27,027 bases of DNA from a virus (lineage: Duplodnaviria; Caudoviricetes), in IMG/VR virus record IMGVR_UViG_3300020045_010365, positions 1 through 27,027 of that record; one strand, 5' to 3'. Made by a program: the position numbers and the translations under genes. The notes beneath the pieces were generated by a model that saw only the letters and a program-made list of their open reading frames with translations, was not told where the DNA came from and searched no databases. The number at the start of each line of letters is the position of its first letter. The stretch's first letter is position 1. Below, piece after piece: positions 1 to 7,288 of this stretch.

Positions 1-241
1 AAGAAGTAAAGAGGATATATTGGATAGTTGTCGGCCATCAGGAACACATATTGACTATACTCAAATTTACAAAGCAATGGAAGAATACGCTTCCCAATTC
101 AAATCTAAGCCAGATGCCGTAGAGTGGGGCGAAGTAGAGAACGAAATTATTAGTCTGCTTTATAATCGTAAGGGGGTACCCGCAATAATAGAACTTCTCA
201 AATCAAAATACCAACTCTTCAAAGCCCAACCGGGGAAATGA
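1..241 (+). CDS. Hypothetical phage protein, probably 5'-truncated by the window edge
   Basis: Frame of ORF 20..241 is open back to position 2; KAMEEYASQF segment resembles small phage early proteins. Confidence 0.55.
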   Translation, partial: RSKEDILDSCRPSGTHIDYTQIYKAMEEYASQFKSKPDAVEWGEVENEIISLLYNRKGVPAIIELLKSKYQLFKAQPGK

Positions 242-263
242 ATAACGTTTAAAAAATAATGAT

Positions 264-494
264 ATGATAAAAGAAGTAAAAATGTACACCGTAGTTTGCG
301 ATAATTGCGGAGTTGATGTAAACGCTGGTTGCGAGTATTCATGTTGGGGTGACCCATCAAATGCTACTGATATTGCCGCTGATTCTGATTGGCATTTTAC
401 AGAAGATAAACACTACTGTACGGAATGTGTATCATTTGATGATGATGATAATTTGATTCTTAAAGCAACCCCCTCCCGATCACACAATAAATAG
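264..494 (+). CDS. Small putative zinc-binding protein
   Basis: CDNC and HYCTEC Cys pairs; A-rich upstream region. Confidence 0.7.
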   Translation: MIKEVKMYTVVCDNCGVDVNAGCEYSCWGDPSNATDIAADSDWHFTEDKHYCTECVSFDDDDNLILKATPSRSHNK

Positions 495-500
495 TAAACC

Positions 501-920
501 ATGAATAGAGAACAATTAGAGGCGTTAGCCATAGAAAAATATCCTGATGAAACCGGAACATTTTTAGAAATGCCAAACCAGTCAAAAGTTATTTTGCAAC
601 GCAGAGCCTTCATCGCTGGCTACTCCTTAAATGAGGGGGCGGGAACGTGGGTGAGGGCTAGTGAACGATTGCCAGAGATATTTCCAATTAGTACTTGCAT
701 CAGATATATTAATGACCCCTTTAGGTATGTTGGAGGATTTTATGAAGTCGAAGACGGAAAGACGCTGTGCCATGTAGCTAATCATAATGGTTCAAAACAT
801 TTAACTCAAGATCAATTTCAACATATCGAATGGCTTGACGAATCGCAATCATCCCCTACCAACCCACTTACCGGAACAACAGGAACAGAGAGTTGTGGTG
901 TGGTGAATAGTGGTGATTAG
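501..920 (+). CDS. Hypothetical protein with DUF551-like motif
   Basis: WVRASERLPE motif common in small phage proteins; starts 6 nt after the previous stop. Confidence 0.65.
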   Translation: MNREQLEALAIEKYPDETGTFLEMPNQSKVILQRRAFIAGYSLNEGAGTWVRASERLPEIFPISTCIRYINDPFRYVGGFYEVEDGKTLCHVANHNGSKHLTQDQFQHIEWLDESQSSPTNPLTGTTGTESCGVVNSGD

Positions 921-922
921 GA

Positions 923-953
923 TTTGGTAGTTTGGTAAAGTTTATTATCTTTG
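923..953 (+). promoter_or_regulatory. Bacteroidota primary-sigma promoter for the leader/tRNA array
   Basis: TTTG (923-926), 19 nt spacer, TATCTTTG (946-953): exact match to the -33/-7 consensus; ATG follows 4 nt later. Confidence 0.8.
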
Positions 954-957
954 GTGT

Positions 958-1041
958 ATGAAATTAAGAGCTCTACATCCGCAGCAACGCCAACCCAAAA
1001 TCGGGTTGCTTTGTCGTATGCGTGATATAGAGATTGGATAA
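958..1041 (+). CDS. Attenuator leader peptide MKLRALHPQQRQPKIGLLCRMRDIEIG (27 aa, probably leaderless)
   Basis: Not in the ORF track; codons 6-13 are CTA CAT CCG CAG CAA CGC CAA CCC; lies between promoter and terminator. Confidence 0.75.
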   Translation: MKLRALHPQQRQPKIGLLCRMRDIEIG

Positions 1042-1070
1042 ATATATTTCGAGCGTACTAAAGCAGCCCT
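971..1070 (+). promoter_or_regulatory. Attenuator alternative RNA structures (1:2 protector, 2:3 antiterminator)
   Basis: 1:2 = caaccc 991-996/gggttg 1003-1008 and ctcta 971-975/tagag 1028-1032; 2:3 = gggttgcttt 1003-1012/aaagcagccc 1060-1069 plus gtatgc 1016-1021/gcgtac 1053-1058. Confidence 0.75.
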
Positions 1071-1096
1071 TACAGAAATGTAGGGCTTTTTTATTT
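1065..1096 (+). terminator. Intrinsic terminator (3:4) immediately before the first tRNA
   Basis: agccct-taca GAAA tgta-gggct hairpin followed by a T-rich tract. Confidence 0.85.
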
Positions 1097-1169
1097 CGGG
1101 TAGTGACTATGGTTTAAGCACCCGTGCCTTGGAAGCATGGATTAGCAGGTTCGATACCTGTCTACCCGA
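1097..1169 (+). tRNA. tRNA-Pro(TGG), weak D-arm, A37
   Basis: Acceptor cgggtag/ctacccg, A73; anticodon arm cgtgc-CT TGG AA-gcatg; T-arm gcagg TTCGATA cctgt. Confidence 0.8.
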
Positions 1170-1170
1170 C

Positions 1171-1296
1171 AAAGAGTTGGTGAGGCTATCACGGAGTTTA
1201 GTGTAACGGTAGCACGTTATCAGTGGTGATAGTAGATGGGTTCGACTCCCGATCTCCGACAAACGAGGCGTCACTTCACGCCTACACCAACTCTTT
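1171..1296 (+). ncRNA. tRNA-like element (1192-1259) enclosed in a long terminal stem
   Basis: D-arm gtgt/gcac and T-loop TTCGACT are present, but the anticodon loop is 6 nt (ttatc AGTGGT gatag); aaagagttggtg-aggc (1171-1186) pairs with gcct-a-caccaactcttt (1280-1296). Confidence 0.55.
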
Positions 1297-1300
1297 TTAT

Positions 1301-1372
1301 TGCCATCTAACATAGCGGCTAATGTGCGGGGCTTTGAACTCCGATAGAAAGGTTCGATTCCTTTGGTGGCAA
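1301..1372 (+). tRNA. tRNA-Gln(TTG), A37
   Basis: Acceptor tgccatc/ggtggca; anticodon arm cgggg-CT TTG AA-ctccg; T-arm aaagg TTCGATT ccttt. Confidence 0.9.
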
Positions 1373-1377
1373 CAAAT

Positions 1378-1449
1378 GGTGTTTGAAGCATTAAGGTGAT
1401 GCGGTGGCCTGTGAAGCCATAGAAGTCGGTTCGATACCGTCCTTACACC
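1378..1449 (+). tRNA. tRNA-His(GTG), A37
   Basis: G-1/C73 identity pair; anticodon arm gtggc-CT GTG AA-gccat; T-loop TTCGATA; some U-U mismatches in the stems. Confidence 0.85.
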
Positions 1450-1453
1450 CAAC

Positions 1454-1535
1454 GCCGATATGATGGAACTGGCAGACATACTGGTCCTAGAAACCAGCGA
1501 GGCAACTCATACAGGTTCGACCCCTGTTATCGGCA
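1454..1535 (+). tRNA. tRNA-Leu(TAG), C33 and A37
   Basis: Acceptor gccgata/tatcggc, A73; long variable arm; anticodon arm ctggt-CC TAG AA-accag. Confidence 0.88.
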
Positions 1536-1538
1536 CAC

Positions 1539-1610
1539 TCCCTTTTAGTTCAAAGGATAGAATAGGAAGCTACGAACTTTCAGATACTGGTTCGATTCCG
1601 GTAAAGGGAA
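1539..1610 (+). tRNA. tRNA-Arg(ACG), A37
   Basis: Acceptor tcccttt/aaaggga; anticodon arm ggaag-CT ACG AA-ctttc; T-arm actgg TTCGATT ccggt. Confidence 0.88.
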
Positions 1611-1638
1611 CTAATAACTATTTTCGTAATTTCGATAA

Positions 1639-2028
1639 ATGAAGCCAATTCTAATATTCCTATTGGTAATCATTTTGGTGATGTGTTCCAAAGAAAGAAG
1701 CTGCGAATCTTGCAGAGAACTTCCAACCCCCGACACCATACGAACTACTCCCAATCCCTTAGTAATAAATGTAGATATATCCCTTGCTGATGAATCTAAA
1801 ATAAGAAAGATTTATCAAGAGGTTAAAACGAAAAAATGGCCCGGACATTATTGGATGTACGATTCAATAGAATTAACAGGAAGCCATCTTTACAATAGAA
1901 TGTACGATATGAAAAACTACCTTCCCCTTAATGACTATAAAATAGGTGATACCTTCTACTTCCGAACTCAAATAAGATGGAGATTTGAAGCCCCCGAATG
2001 GCTGAACGAAGATACCATTGTGTATTAA
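1639..2028 (+). CDS. Putative lipoprotein or exported protein
   Basis: MKPILIFLLVIILVMC signal-like N-terminus; -7-like TAATTTCG at 1627-1634, 4 nt before the ATG. Confidence 0.7.
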   Translation: MKPILIFLLVIILVMCSKERSCESCRELPTPDTIRTTPNPLVINVDISLADESKIRKIYQEVKTKKWPGHYWMYDSIELTGSHLYNRMYDMKNYLPLNDYKIGDTFYFRTQIRWRFEAPEWLNEDTIVY

Positions 2029-2060
2029 AAAAGCCGGAGGCAACCATTTAAACCTCCGGC
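2027..2060 (-). terminator. Intrinsic terminator ending the leftward arm
   Basis: gccggagg (2033-2040)/cctccggc (2053-2060) stem with A6 at 2027-2032 (U-tract on the minus strand), at a convergent gene junction. Confidence 0.75.
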
Positions 2061-2093
2061 GTGATAGAGAACGAACCATTAACCCTTACAAAG

Positions 2094-2363
2094 TTACTTA
2101 GATTTCTTTTTAGTTGTATCTGCTGCAAATTGTGGTTGAAGTTGAGCCGCTAATTCATTGGTGAACTTTTGTAGGGAATCACATAATGGCAATATCTCAT
2201 TAGCGGGTAAGTTGGATTTTTTCAACTGCTGCATAGCTACTGTAACCCATACATAGCGATTGCTCCAATCTTGTTGAGACAATTCAACCTTGTACTTCTT
2301 TTCTTCTGTAAAGGCAGTTAAAATAATAATAGCTAACGATACTAAGATGAGAGACTTTTTCAT
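2094..2363 (-). CDS. Hypothetical exported protein
   Basis: MKKSLILVSLAIIILTAF signal-like N-terminus. Confidence 0.7.
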   Translation of the reverse strand: MKKSLILVSLAIIILTAFTEEKKYKVELSQQDWSNRYVWVTVAMQQLKKSNLPANEILPLCDSLQKFTNELAAQLQPQFAADTTKKKSK

Positions 2364-2369
2364 TTTTGT

Positions 2370-2705
2370 TTATTGTTTTTTAATTGTTTGAGCAGTGTCA
2401 CAAATAAATGTACTTGGTTTATTGCTTCTAAATAGGTTATACTCCAATGAATCTGCAAATCTATATAGTCCCACAATTTCTATATCGTCATTTGTTACAA
2501 GCGGGTCGCAACTATAAGATTTGGTTATAAATGCTTTCATACTGTCGTATGGCTGAATATCTCCCCAATGAATATAATTCCCCGTATAAATATTTGGGTT
2601 GTTATAGTCATAAATGCGATAAGATATAAAGTAAATGTTTTCTTTCGGTTCATCTTTACACCCCACCAATCCAACAACTAATATAAGAGAGAGTAGTAGT
2701 TTCAT
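2370..2705 (-). CDS. Putative lipoprotein
   Basis: MKLLLSLILVVGLVGC lipobox. Confidence 0.75.
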   Translation of the reverse strand: MKLLLSLILVVGLVGCKDEPKENIYFISYRIYDYNNPNIYTGNYIHWGDIQPYDSMKAFITKSYSCDPLVTNDDIEIVGLYRFADSLEYNLFRSNKPSTFICDTAQTIKKQ

Positions 2706-2716
2706 AAAAAATGTTT

Positions 2717-2830
2717 TTAAATGTGATTAATAAATCCCCAGAATATATAGGCTACGAACGAAATAATAAGAACAGCCGCCACTACTATCAATATGCCTGT
2801 TACTATCTTGTCTTTCTGTCTAGGGTTCAT
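2717..2830 (-). CDS. Small single-TM membrane protein (37 aa)
   Basis: MNPRQKDKIVTGILIVVAAVLIISFVAYIFWGFINHI; ATGA overlap with the upstream stop; below the ORF-track cutoff. Confidence 0.65.
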   Translation of the reverse strand: MNPRQKDKIVTGILIVVAAVLIISFVAYIFWGFINHI

Positions 2831-3081
2831 GGGGCAAGGATTGGGTTTTCAAAATTATGTTTTTTATACTTATACTTGATATTTGTGCCATCTTCATTTA
2901 TTCTTGTGGTGTCAGTTTTTGGATTTATCTGGAAAACCATTTTCTCCCATTTCGGCTTATATACTTTCTTCCAAAATTCAATTACCCTCAGTCTTTCAGA
3001 AACACTTATATAGTGCCTTATTTCAACAATCTCTTCCCTAAATAAAATCGTAATCGTCCCTTCTTTCAAAGTACTTTTCAT
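2827..3081 (-). CDS. Hypothetical protein
   Basis: ATGA-coupled to neighbours in a tightly packed operon. Confidence 0.65.
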   Translation of the reverse strand: MKSTLKEGTITILFREEIVEIRHYISVSERLRVIEFWKKVYKPKWEKMVFQINPKTDTTRINEDGTNIKYKYKKHNFENPILAP

Positions 3082-3263
3082 TTAGCAATACTTTTATCCA
3101 ATGATGTCAAAGCCTCATCAATTACTTTATCCACTTCTTTTTTTGTTCTTACCCCTTTACCAAATACCTCATAACCTCCTATAAGCTGCTTTATAATAAC
3201 TCCACGGTAAACACCCTGTCCAACCGCATCAAATAGTATTTTTGTTAGTTCTTGGCTCATCAC
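3078..3263 (-). CDS. Hypothetical protein
   Basis: Coupled to the downstream ORF. Confidence 0.6.
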   Translation of the reverse strand: MMSQELTKILFDAVGQGVYRGVIIKQLIGGYEVFGKGVRTKKEVDKVIDEALTSLDKSIAK

Positions 3264-3300
3264 TGAAAAAATTGAAGTTGTTGAATAGTATTGACTGATT

Positions 3301-3864
3301 TCATGGGGTAGAAAAATTTTGTTGTGCTATATTTTGTTGGATAAACATATCAAATGGGTCAAGCCTATAAATATTTACTTTTCTTTTTGATGTTTGGTTC
3401 CAAGTATTTGTATGGCTAATACCTTTCCTATCCGCAACTTTTACCCATCCCATACATTGCCAAAACAGGTTACTAGGCAGGTCATCCGCACATCCACAAG
3501 ACCACCTAAAAGTCCCAACTGTTTTACCGTACTCAACAACAGTATCTAATAATAGCCTTCCTCTGTCCATCATTCTTGCGTCCGTCTGCAAACATATTTG
3601 GGCAATCTTCCCCATTTTACCAATGATTTGCCGAACCCCAAAAGAAGCCAAGCAGAAACCTACCAAGTCGCCATTACAAACTATTACCCAAATCTTATCA
3701 TTACACACATCCGACCATCTTTTGCCAGTTTTTACCCCTGTTATAGCCGACTCATACGCCATTTTTGGTATAAATCCAATAGATTGACTTTCTTTTTTTG
3801 ATAAATCAATTATGTAAGAAATGTCCAATAACTCCGCAAATCTAACAACGCCTAATTCGCTCAT
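3301..3864 (-). CDS. GNAT-family acetyltransferase
   Basis: QICLQTDARMMDRGRLLL (acetyl-CoA motif A-like) and SNLFWQCMGW (motif B-like); start moved to MSELGVVRFAE at 3864 to avoid overlap. Confidence 0.75.
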   Translation of the reverse strand: MSELGVVRFAELLDISYIIDLSKKESQSIGFIPKMAYESAITGVKTGKRWSDVCNDKIWVIVCNGDLVGFCLASFGVRQIIGKMGKIAQICLQTDARMMDRGRLLLDTVVEYGKTVGTFRWSCGCADDLPSNLFWQCMGWVKVADRKGISHTNTWNQTSKRKVNIYRLDPFDMFIQQNIAQQNFSTP

Positions 3865-3889
3865 AAAAAACTTAATTGTTGAATAGTAT

Positions 3890-4225
3890 TTAATGCTTGC
3901 TTGATTTTTCAGAAATTGAACCCACCAGTCCTTTTTCATTAATTAGGTTATACAAATTACGAACATAGGGTGATGGGCTGATACAAGTATATTGGGTATA
4001 GTGTTTGTGTTTGTCGTCTATTTTTGAAACGTAGGGTATGGAAGTTCGGGATATTTTTAACTTCGGGTGGGCTTCCTCAATCTCTAATAATCTTGTCTGA
4101 AATTTATAAAACGTATGGTCATATTGAGTAAGTATTTTAGCCATTGATACCCCTCCATAAAATGAATCATAAAGGATAAAAAGTGCCTTAGACCAACTAT
4201 TTTTGGGTTTGTTCAAGCTGCTCAT
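3890..4225 (-). CDS. Hypothetical protein, possibly winged-helix
   Basis: 111-aa ORF in operon; helix-helix-hairpin-like pattern judged by eye only. Confidence 0.6.
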   Translation of the reverse strand: MSSLNKPKNSWSKALFILYDSFYGGVSMAKILTQYDHTFYKFQTRLLEIEEAHPKLKISRTSIPYVSKIDDKHKHYTQYTCISPSPYVRNLYNLINEKGLVGSISEKSSKH

Positions 4226-4433
4226 GGTTTTTATGTTTAAGGTTAGTAATACAATCAGGTCTTACTTGAGTTATTGTTTTATCTCCCTGCCTAAAATATC
4301 CATAAGCCATTTCTCTTCTCCATGCTTCCCACGGTGGGTGATTAACAACCGCCATAAGAGTACACCAATACTTCATTTTCCTATGCAGTCCACATTTAGA
4401 GCAAACATTATCTTTATTCCATTTATGATTCAT
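4197..4433 (-). CDS. Hypothetical protein with HKW...CSKCG motif
   Basis: Likely start MNHKW at 4433. Confidence 0.6.
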   Translation of the reverse strand: MNHKWNKDNVCSKCGLHRKMKYWCTLMAVVNHPPWEAWRREMAYGYFRQGDKTITQVRPDCITNLKHKNHEQLEQTQK

Positions 4434-4740
4434 GGCCAATAGTTTCTTCAGCTTCTGGATTAAATTCAACCATTGGCTTGTCTTTTGGGTATGAGTCCGC
4501 AAAATCTTCTCTACCTTCCTCATAAACCATAGCTACCGTTCCTATAAGACTTCTAAGGTCGTTCATTATTTCATCAAGATCGCTGGCATTAATCACAATA
4601 GTGCCTTTTTCAACCCACCCAAATTCCTCAATCCAATCCCTGCTATCCGTATTTTTTAATATATGTGTATTAAGTCTATTAGCTAACTTATCATAAGCGT
4701 AACAGGCTTGCTTTCTTAAATTATTGAAGTTAACGTTCAT
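4423..4740 (-). CDS. Hypothetical protein
   Basis: 105-aa ORF with an A-rich translation initiation region. Confidence 0.7.
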   Translation of the reverse strand: MNVNFNNLRKQACYAYDKLANRLNTHILKNTDSRDWIEEFGWVEKGTIVINASDLDEIMNDLRSLIGTVAMVYEEGREDFADSYPKDKPMVEFNPEAEETIGHES

Positions 4741-4812
4741 GGTTTTTATTTTAATTGGTTATCAGTTATTTATAATACTTTTCAGGGTGAAACAGTGCCA
4801 TGTGAAACGTTT

Positions 4813-6225
4813 TTAAAAAGGATTTTCCTCTTTTGTATCGGTTTCATAATGAGAAGTAGTTACAGGTACAAATCCAGTTATACCCTGACGTTCTGTGAAT
4901 TTCATTTTTGGTGGGTCAAAGTCAAGTGGGATGATGAAATTACTCTTTCCATTACGCCACTTTCTGACAACCAAATCAGCCTGAAATTCTGTGCTTTTAC
5001 CCTCGGCATCTGTTTCAAATCCTGCCATGTGATCTCTATGCAAGAACATAACCACATCGGCATCTTGTTCTATTGCTCCTGATTCACGAAGGTCTGAAAG
5101 TTGCGGGTAGCGTTCTTGTCCTTTCCGCTTGGTTACTTCCCGGTTAAGCTGGCATAAAAGTATAACCGGGATACCCATTTCTTTTGCCATAATCTTGCAC
5201 CCACGGCTCATTTCAGCTATTTCATTTTCCCTATTCCTACTGTAACTTCCACCTATCGCCGAAACTAATTGCAGGTAATCAATCATTAGGCAATCCAACC
5301 CATGAAGTGATTTTAATTTTTCTGCTTTAGCTCTTATTTCAGGGATATTGACTTTTGTTTTATCGGACACGTAAATGGGTAATGTTGAAGTTGAACGACC
5401 TATTTTTTCATAAAGCCTATCCCTTTCAGCCACATCAATGTAAAGGCCACGGAATACTACATTGAAATTAGTATTGGCATCATAGGCCACCAACCTTGCA
5501 GCTATTTCATTGTTAGACATTTCCAGTGACACAATCCCGATAGTTGAACCACGTTTAGCCATTTCAATAGCAATGCCTCCCATAAGCGCAGATTTGCCCA
5601 TAGATGGCCTTGCGCCGATTACAACCAATTGTCCTGCCTGAAAGCCTCCATTCTCCTTATCAAGAGTTTTAAGCCCTGTGGCTTTACCTACGCCTCCTGA
5701 TGTCTGCATTTCATCCTGATGGCGGTAAAGGTCAACCATCATTTGTGTCATATCAACCCAATCGTGTTCAGCCGCTTTGTTTTGAAGTGAGTGTAATTTT
5801 TCCTGAATTGACCGTATTTGCTGGCTTACATTTCCATCTAACTTGCCTGTGCCGCCATGAGTAAGATTTATGATCTCCCGTTCCATCCACATAATTTTGA
5901 CAACGTTTATGTGATATTCCAGATGAAAAGAACTAACTACATCATTTGTCAATCGTAGGATAAAATAATCGGCATTATACCCTTCAATCATGGTTTGCCC
6001 TTTAATCCTGATAATTTGGTCAATAACGGTAAAGGAATCTATCATCATTCCGTTTTGGTACATTCCACGAAGCGTATCAAAAACAAGTTGGTGTCCGGTA
6101 TGGTAAAAACATTCAGTTTCCAATAGGCCATAAACCCTACCAAAAGCACCTCTTTCGATAAGGCAAATACCTAAGATTGCTCTTTCAAAATTTGTTGAGT
6201 AGTGAACGTCTTTTTGAAATTCCAT
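4813..6225 (-). CDS. dnaB: Replicative DNA helicase (DnaB family)
   Basis: Walker A GARPSMGKS, SLEMS, IDYLQL, QLNR, LSDLRESGAIEQDAD, KWRNG. Confidence 0.97.
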   Translation of the reverse strand: MEFQKDVHYSTNFERAILGICLIERGAFGRVYGLLETECFYHTGHQLVFDTLRGMYQNGMMIDSFTVIDQIIRIKGQTMIEGYNADYFILRLTNDVVSSFHLEYHINVVKIMWMEREIINLTHGGTGKLDGNVSQQIRSIQEKLHSLQNKAAEHDWVDMTQMMVDLYRHQDEMQTSGGVGKATGLKTLDKENGGFQAGQLVVIGARPSMGKSALMGGIAIEMAKRGSTIGIVSLEMSNNEIAARLVAYDANTNFNVVFRGLYIDVAERDRLYEKIGRSTSTLPIYVSDKTKVNIPEIRAKAEKLKSLHGLDCLMIDYLQLVSAIGGSYSRNRENEIAEMSRGCKIMAKEMGIPVILLCQLNREVTKRKGQERYPQLSDLRESGAIEQDADVVMFLHRDHMAGFETDAEGKSTEFQADLVVRKWRNGKSNFIIPLDFDPPKMKFTERQGITGFVPVTTSHYETDTKEENPF

Positions 6226-7061
6226 TATGGTTGATTTAGATATTTTAACGTTGGGGCTGTTTGGTGAGACTCAATTTCTTTTTTAGCAGGTGCTTTGTTT
6301 TTATGAACCATACCCTGAACTATTCTTTGAAACTCTCTATTGAAATCTGAAATTGATCTTGTGGCATACCACTTATCCGAAGTTGAAAATTCTACAATCT
6401 TTCCCCATGCAGCTAAAGTTTCGTCCATATTCCCGTTAGTAACTGATTCTTTCATCCATCCCTTTTGTTTTGCAATTTTGTAAGCTATGGATAGACAGGC
6501 CGGGAAATCTTCTACTTCGTTTATTGGGTAAAAAGGATATGACGATTTGAAAACAACAACCATTTCTGGAACAAGACCAACTTTCCTAAAATCAAGATTA
6601 AGTTCTTCTTTATGTATTTCCTTATCCTTATCCTGTTCCTTATCCTTAGGGGTATCGTTGACCCCATCTTGACCTCTCTTAGTCCTCTCTTTGACCTCAC
6701 TTAGACCTCTAACTTCTAATATGTTGATATTGTACTTTTTATATAAATTTGCTATACTTTGGTGAACTTTGTTGTTATGGTTGAACACATGGCCATATTG
6801 AAAGACAAAAAAATCCTCAATAAGCCAAAGTGAAGTAGTTATCGTCCTTATCCGTAGTTTTCCTTTGTTGATTAATTCCAAATATTTATTAGTGTCAATT
6901 TTTACGGAAAGTAGTTTACAGAACGAACCAACATTTACTTTGAAAAGACCGGCATGGTCGCAAGTAGAAAGCATATAATACCAAAAAAGTTTGTATTCAT
7001 TAGGCATATCTAAGAACCAATCCTCTTCCCAAATTTCCGTTGCTGAAAATCTCTTAGCCAT
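6225..7061 (-). CDS. Putative replication initiator / replisome organiser
   Basis: N-terminal W..DWF...KLFWYYMLSTCDHAG domain, charged KDKEQDKDK linker, TAATG-coupled to dnaB. Confidence 0.65.
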   Translation of the reverse strand: MAKRFSATEIWEEDWFLDMPNEYKLFWYYMLSTCDHAGLFKVNVGSFCKLLSVKIDTNKYLELINKGKLRIRTITTSLWLIEDFFVFQYGHVFNHNNKVHQSIANLYKKYNINILEVRGLSEVKERTKRGQDGVNDTPKDKEQDKDKEIHKEELNLDFRKVGLVPEMVVVFKSSYPFYPINEVEDFPACLSIAYKIAKQKGWMKESVTNGNMDETLAAWGKIVEFSTSDKWYATRSISDFNREFQRIVQGMVHKNKAPAKKEIESHQTAPTLKYLNQP

Positions 7062-7086
7062 GTAGTATCAGATTAACAAAGGGGTA

Positions 7087-7120
7087 ATAAAAAAGCCCAT
7101 CCGGGATAAACCGAACAGGC
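7087..7120 (-). terminator. Terminator-like hairpin just upstream of the initiator gene
   Basis: Minus strand gcctgttcgg tttatc ccggatgggc ttttttatt. Confidence 0.65.
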
Positions 7121-7288
7121 CATTAGTTGCTAAACTAAATGAATAATAACCGTATGAAGAAGGCTGAAAACGCCTGAAAGACAAAGATAATAATTTGCAG
7201 ACATAGCGATGTATTAATTATTTAATTTAGCGGAACAAAGGTTAAAACATTTTTTCAAAAAAACAATAGGTACAGGTATATTTATTTT

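Noticed and set aside
1192-1259. Calling this a sixth functional tRNA
   Set aside because: The anticodon loop is 6 nt and the T/acceptor junction is irregular; reported as tRNA-like instead.
1107-1642. ORFs 1107..1391(-), 1297..1479(-) and 1460..1642(+)
   Set aside because: They overlap well-formed tRNA genes and are shadow ORFs.
3865-3939. N-terminal extension of the GNAT ORF (likewise 4434-4523, 10472-10567 and 18764-18835 for other ORFs)
   Set aside because: They overlap neighbouring genes or promoters, and better-placed downstream ATGs exist.
6619-6710. Short repeats (cttatc, gacctc) in the initiator gene as origin iterons
   Set aside because: Short and explainable by the low-complexity KDKEQDKDK linker; not enough support.
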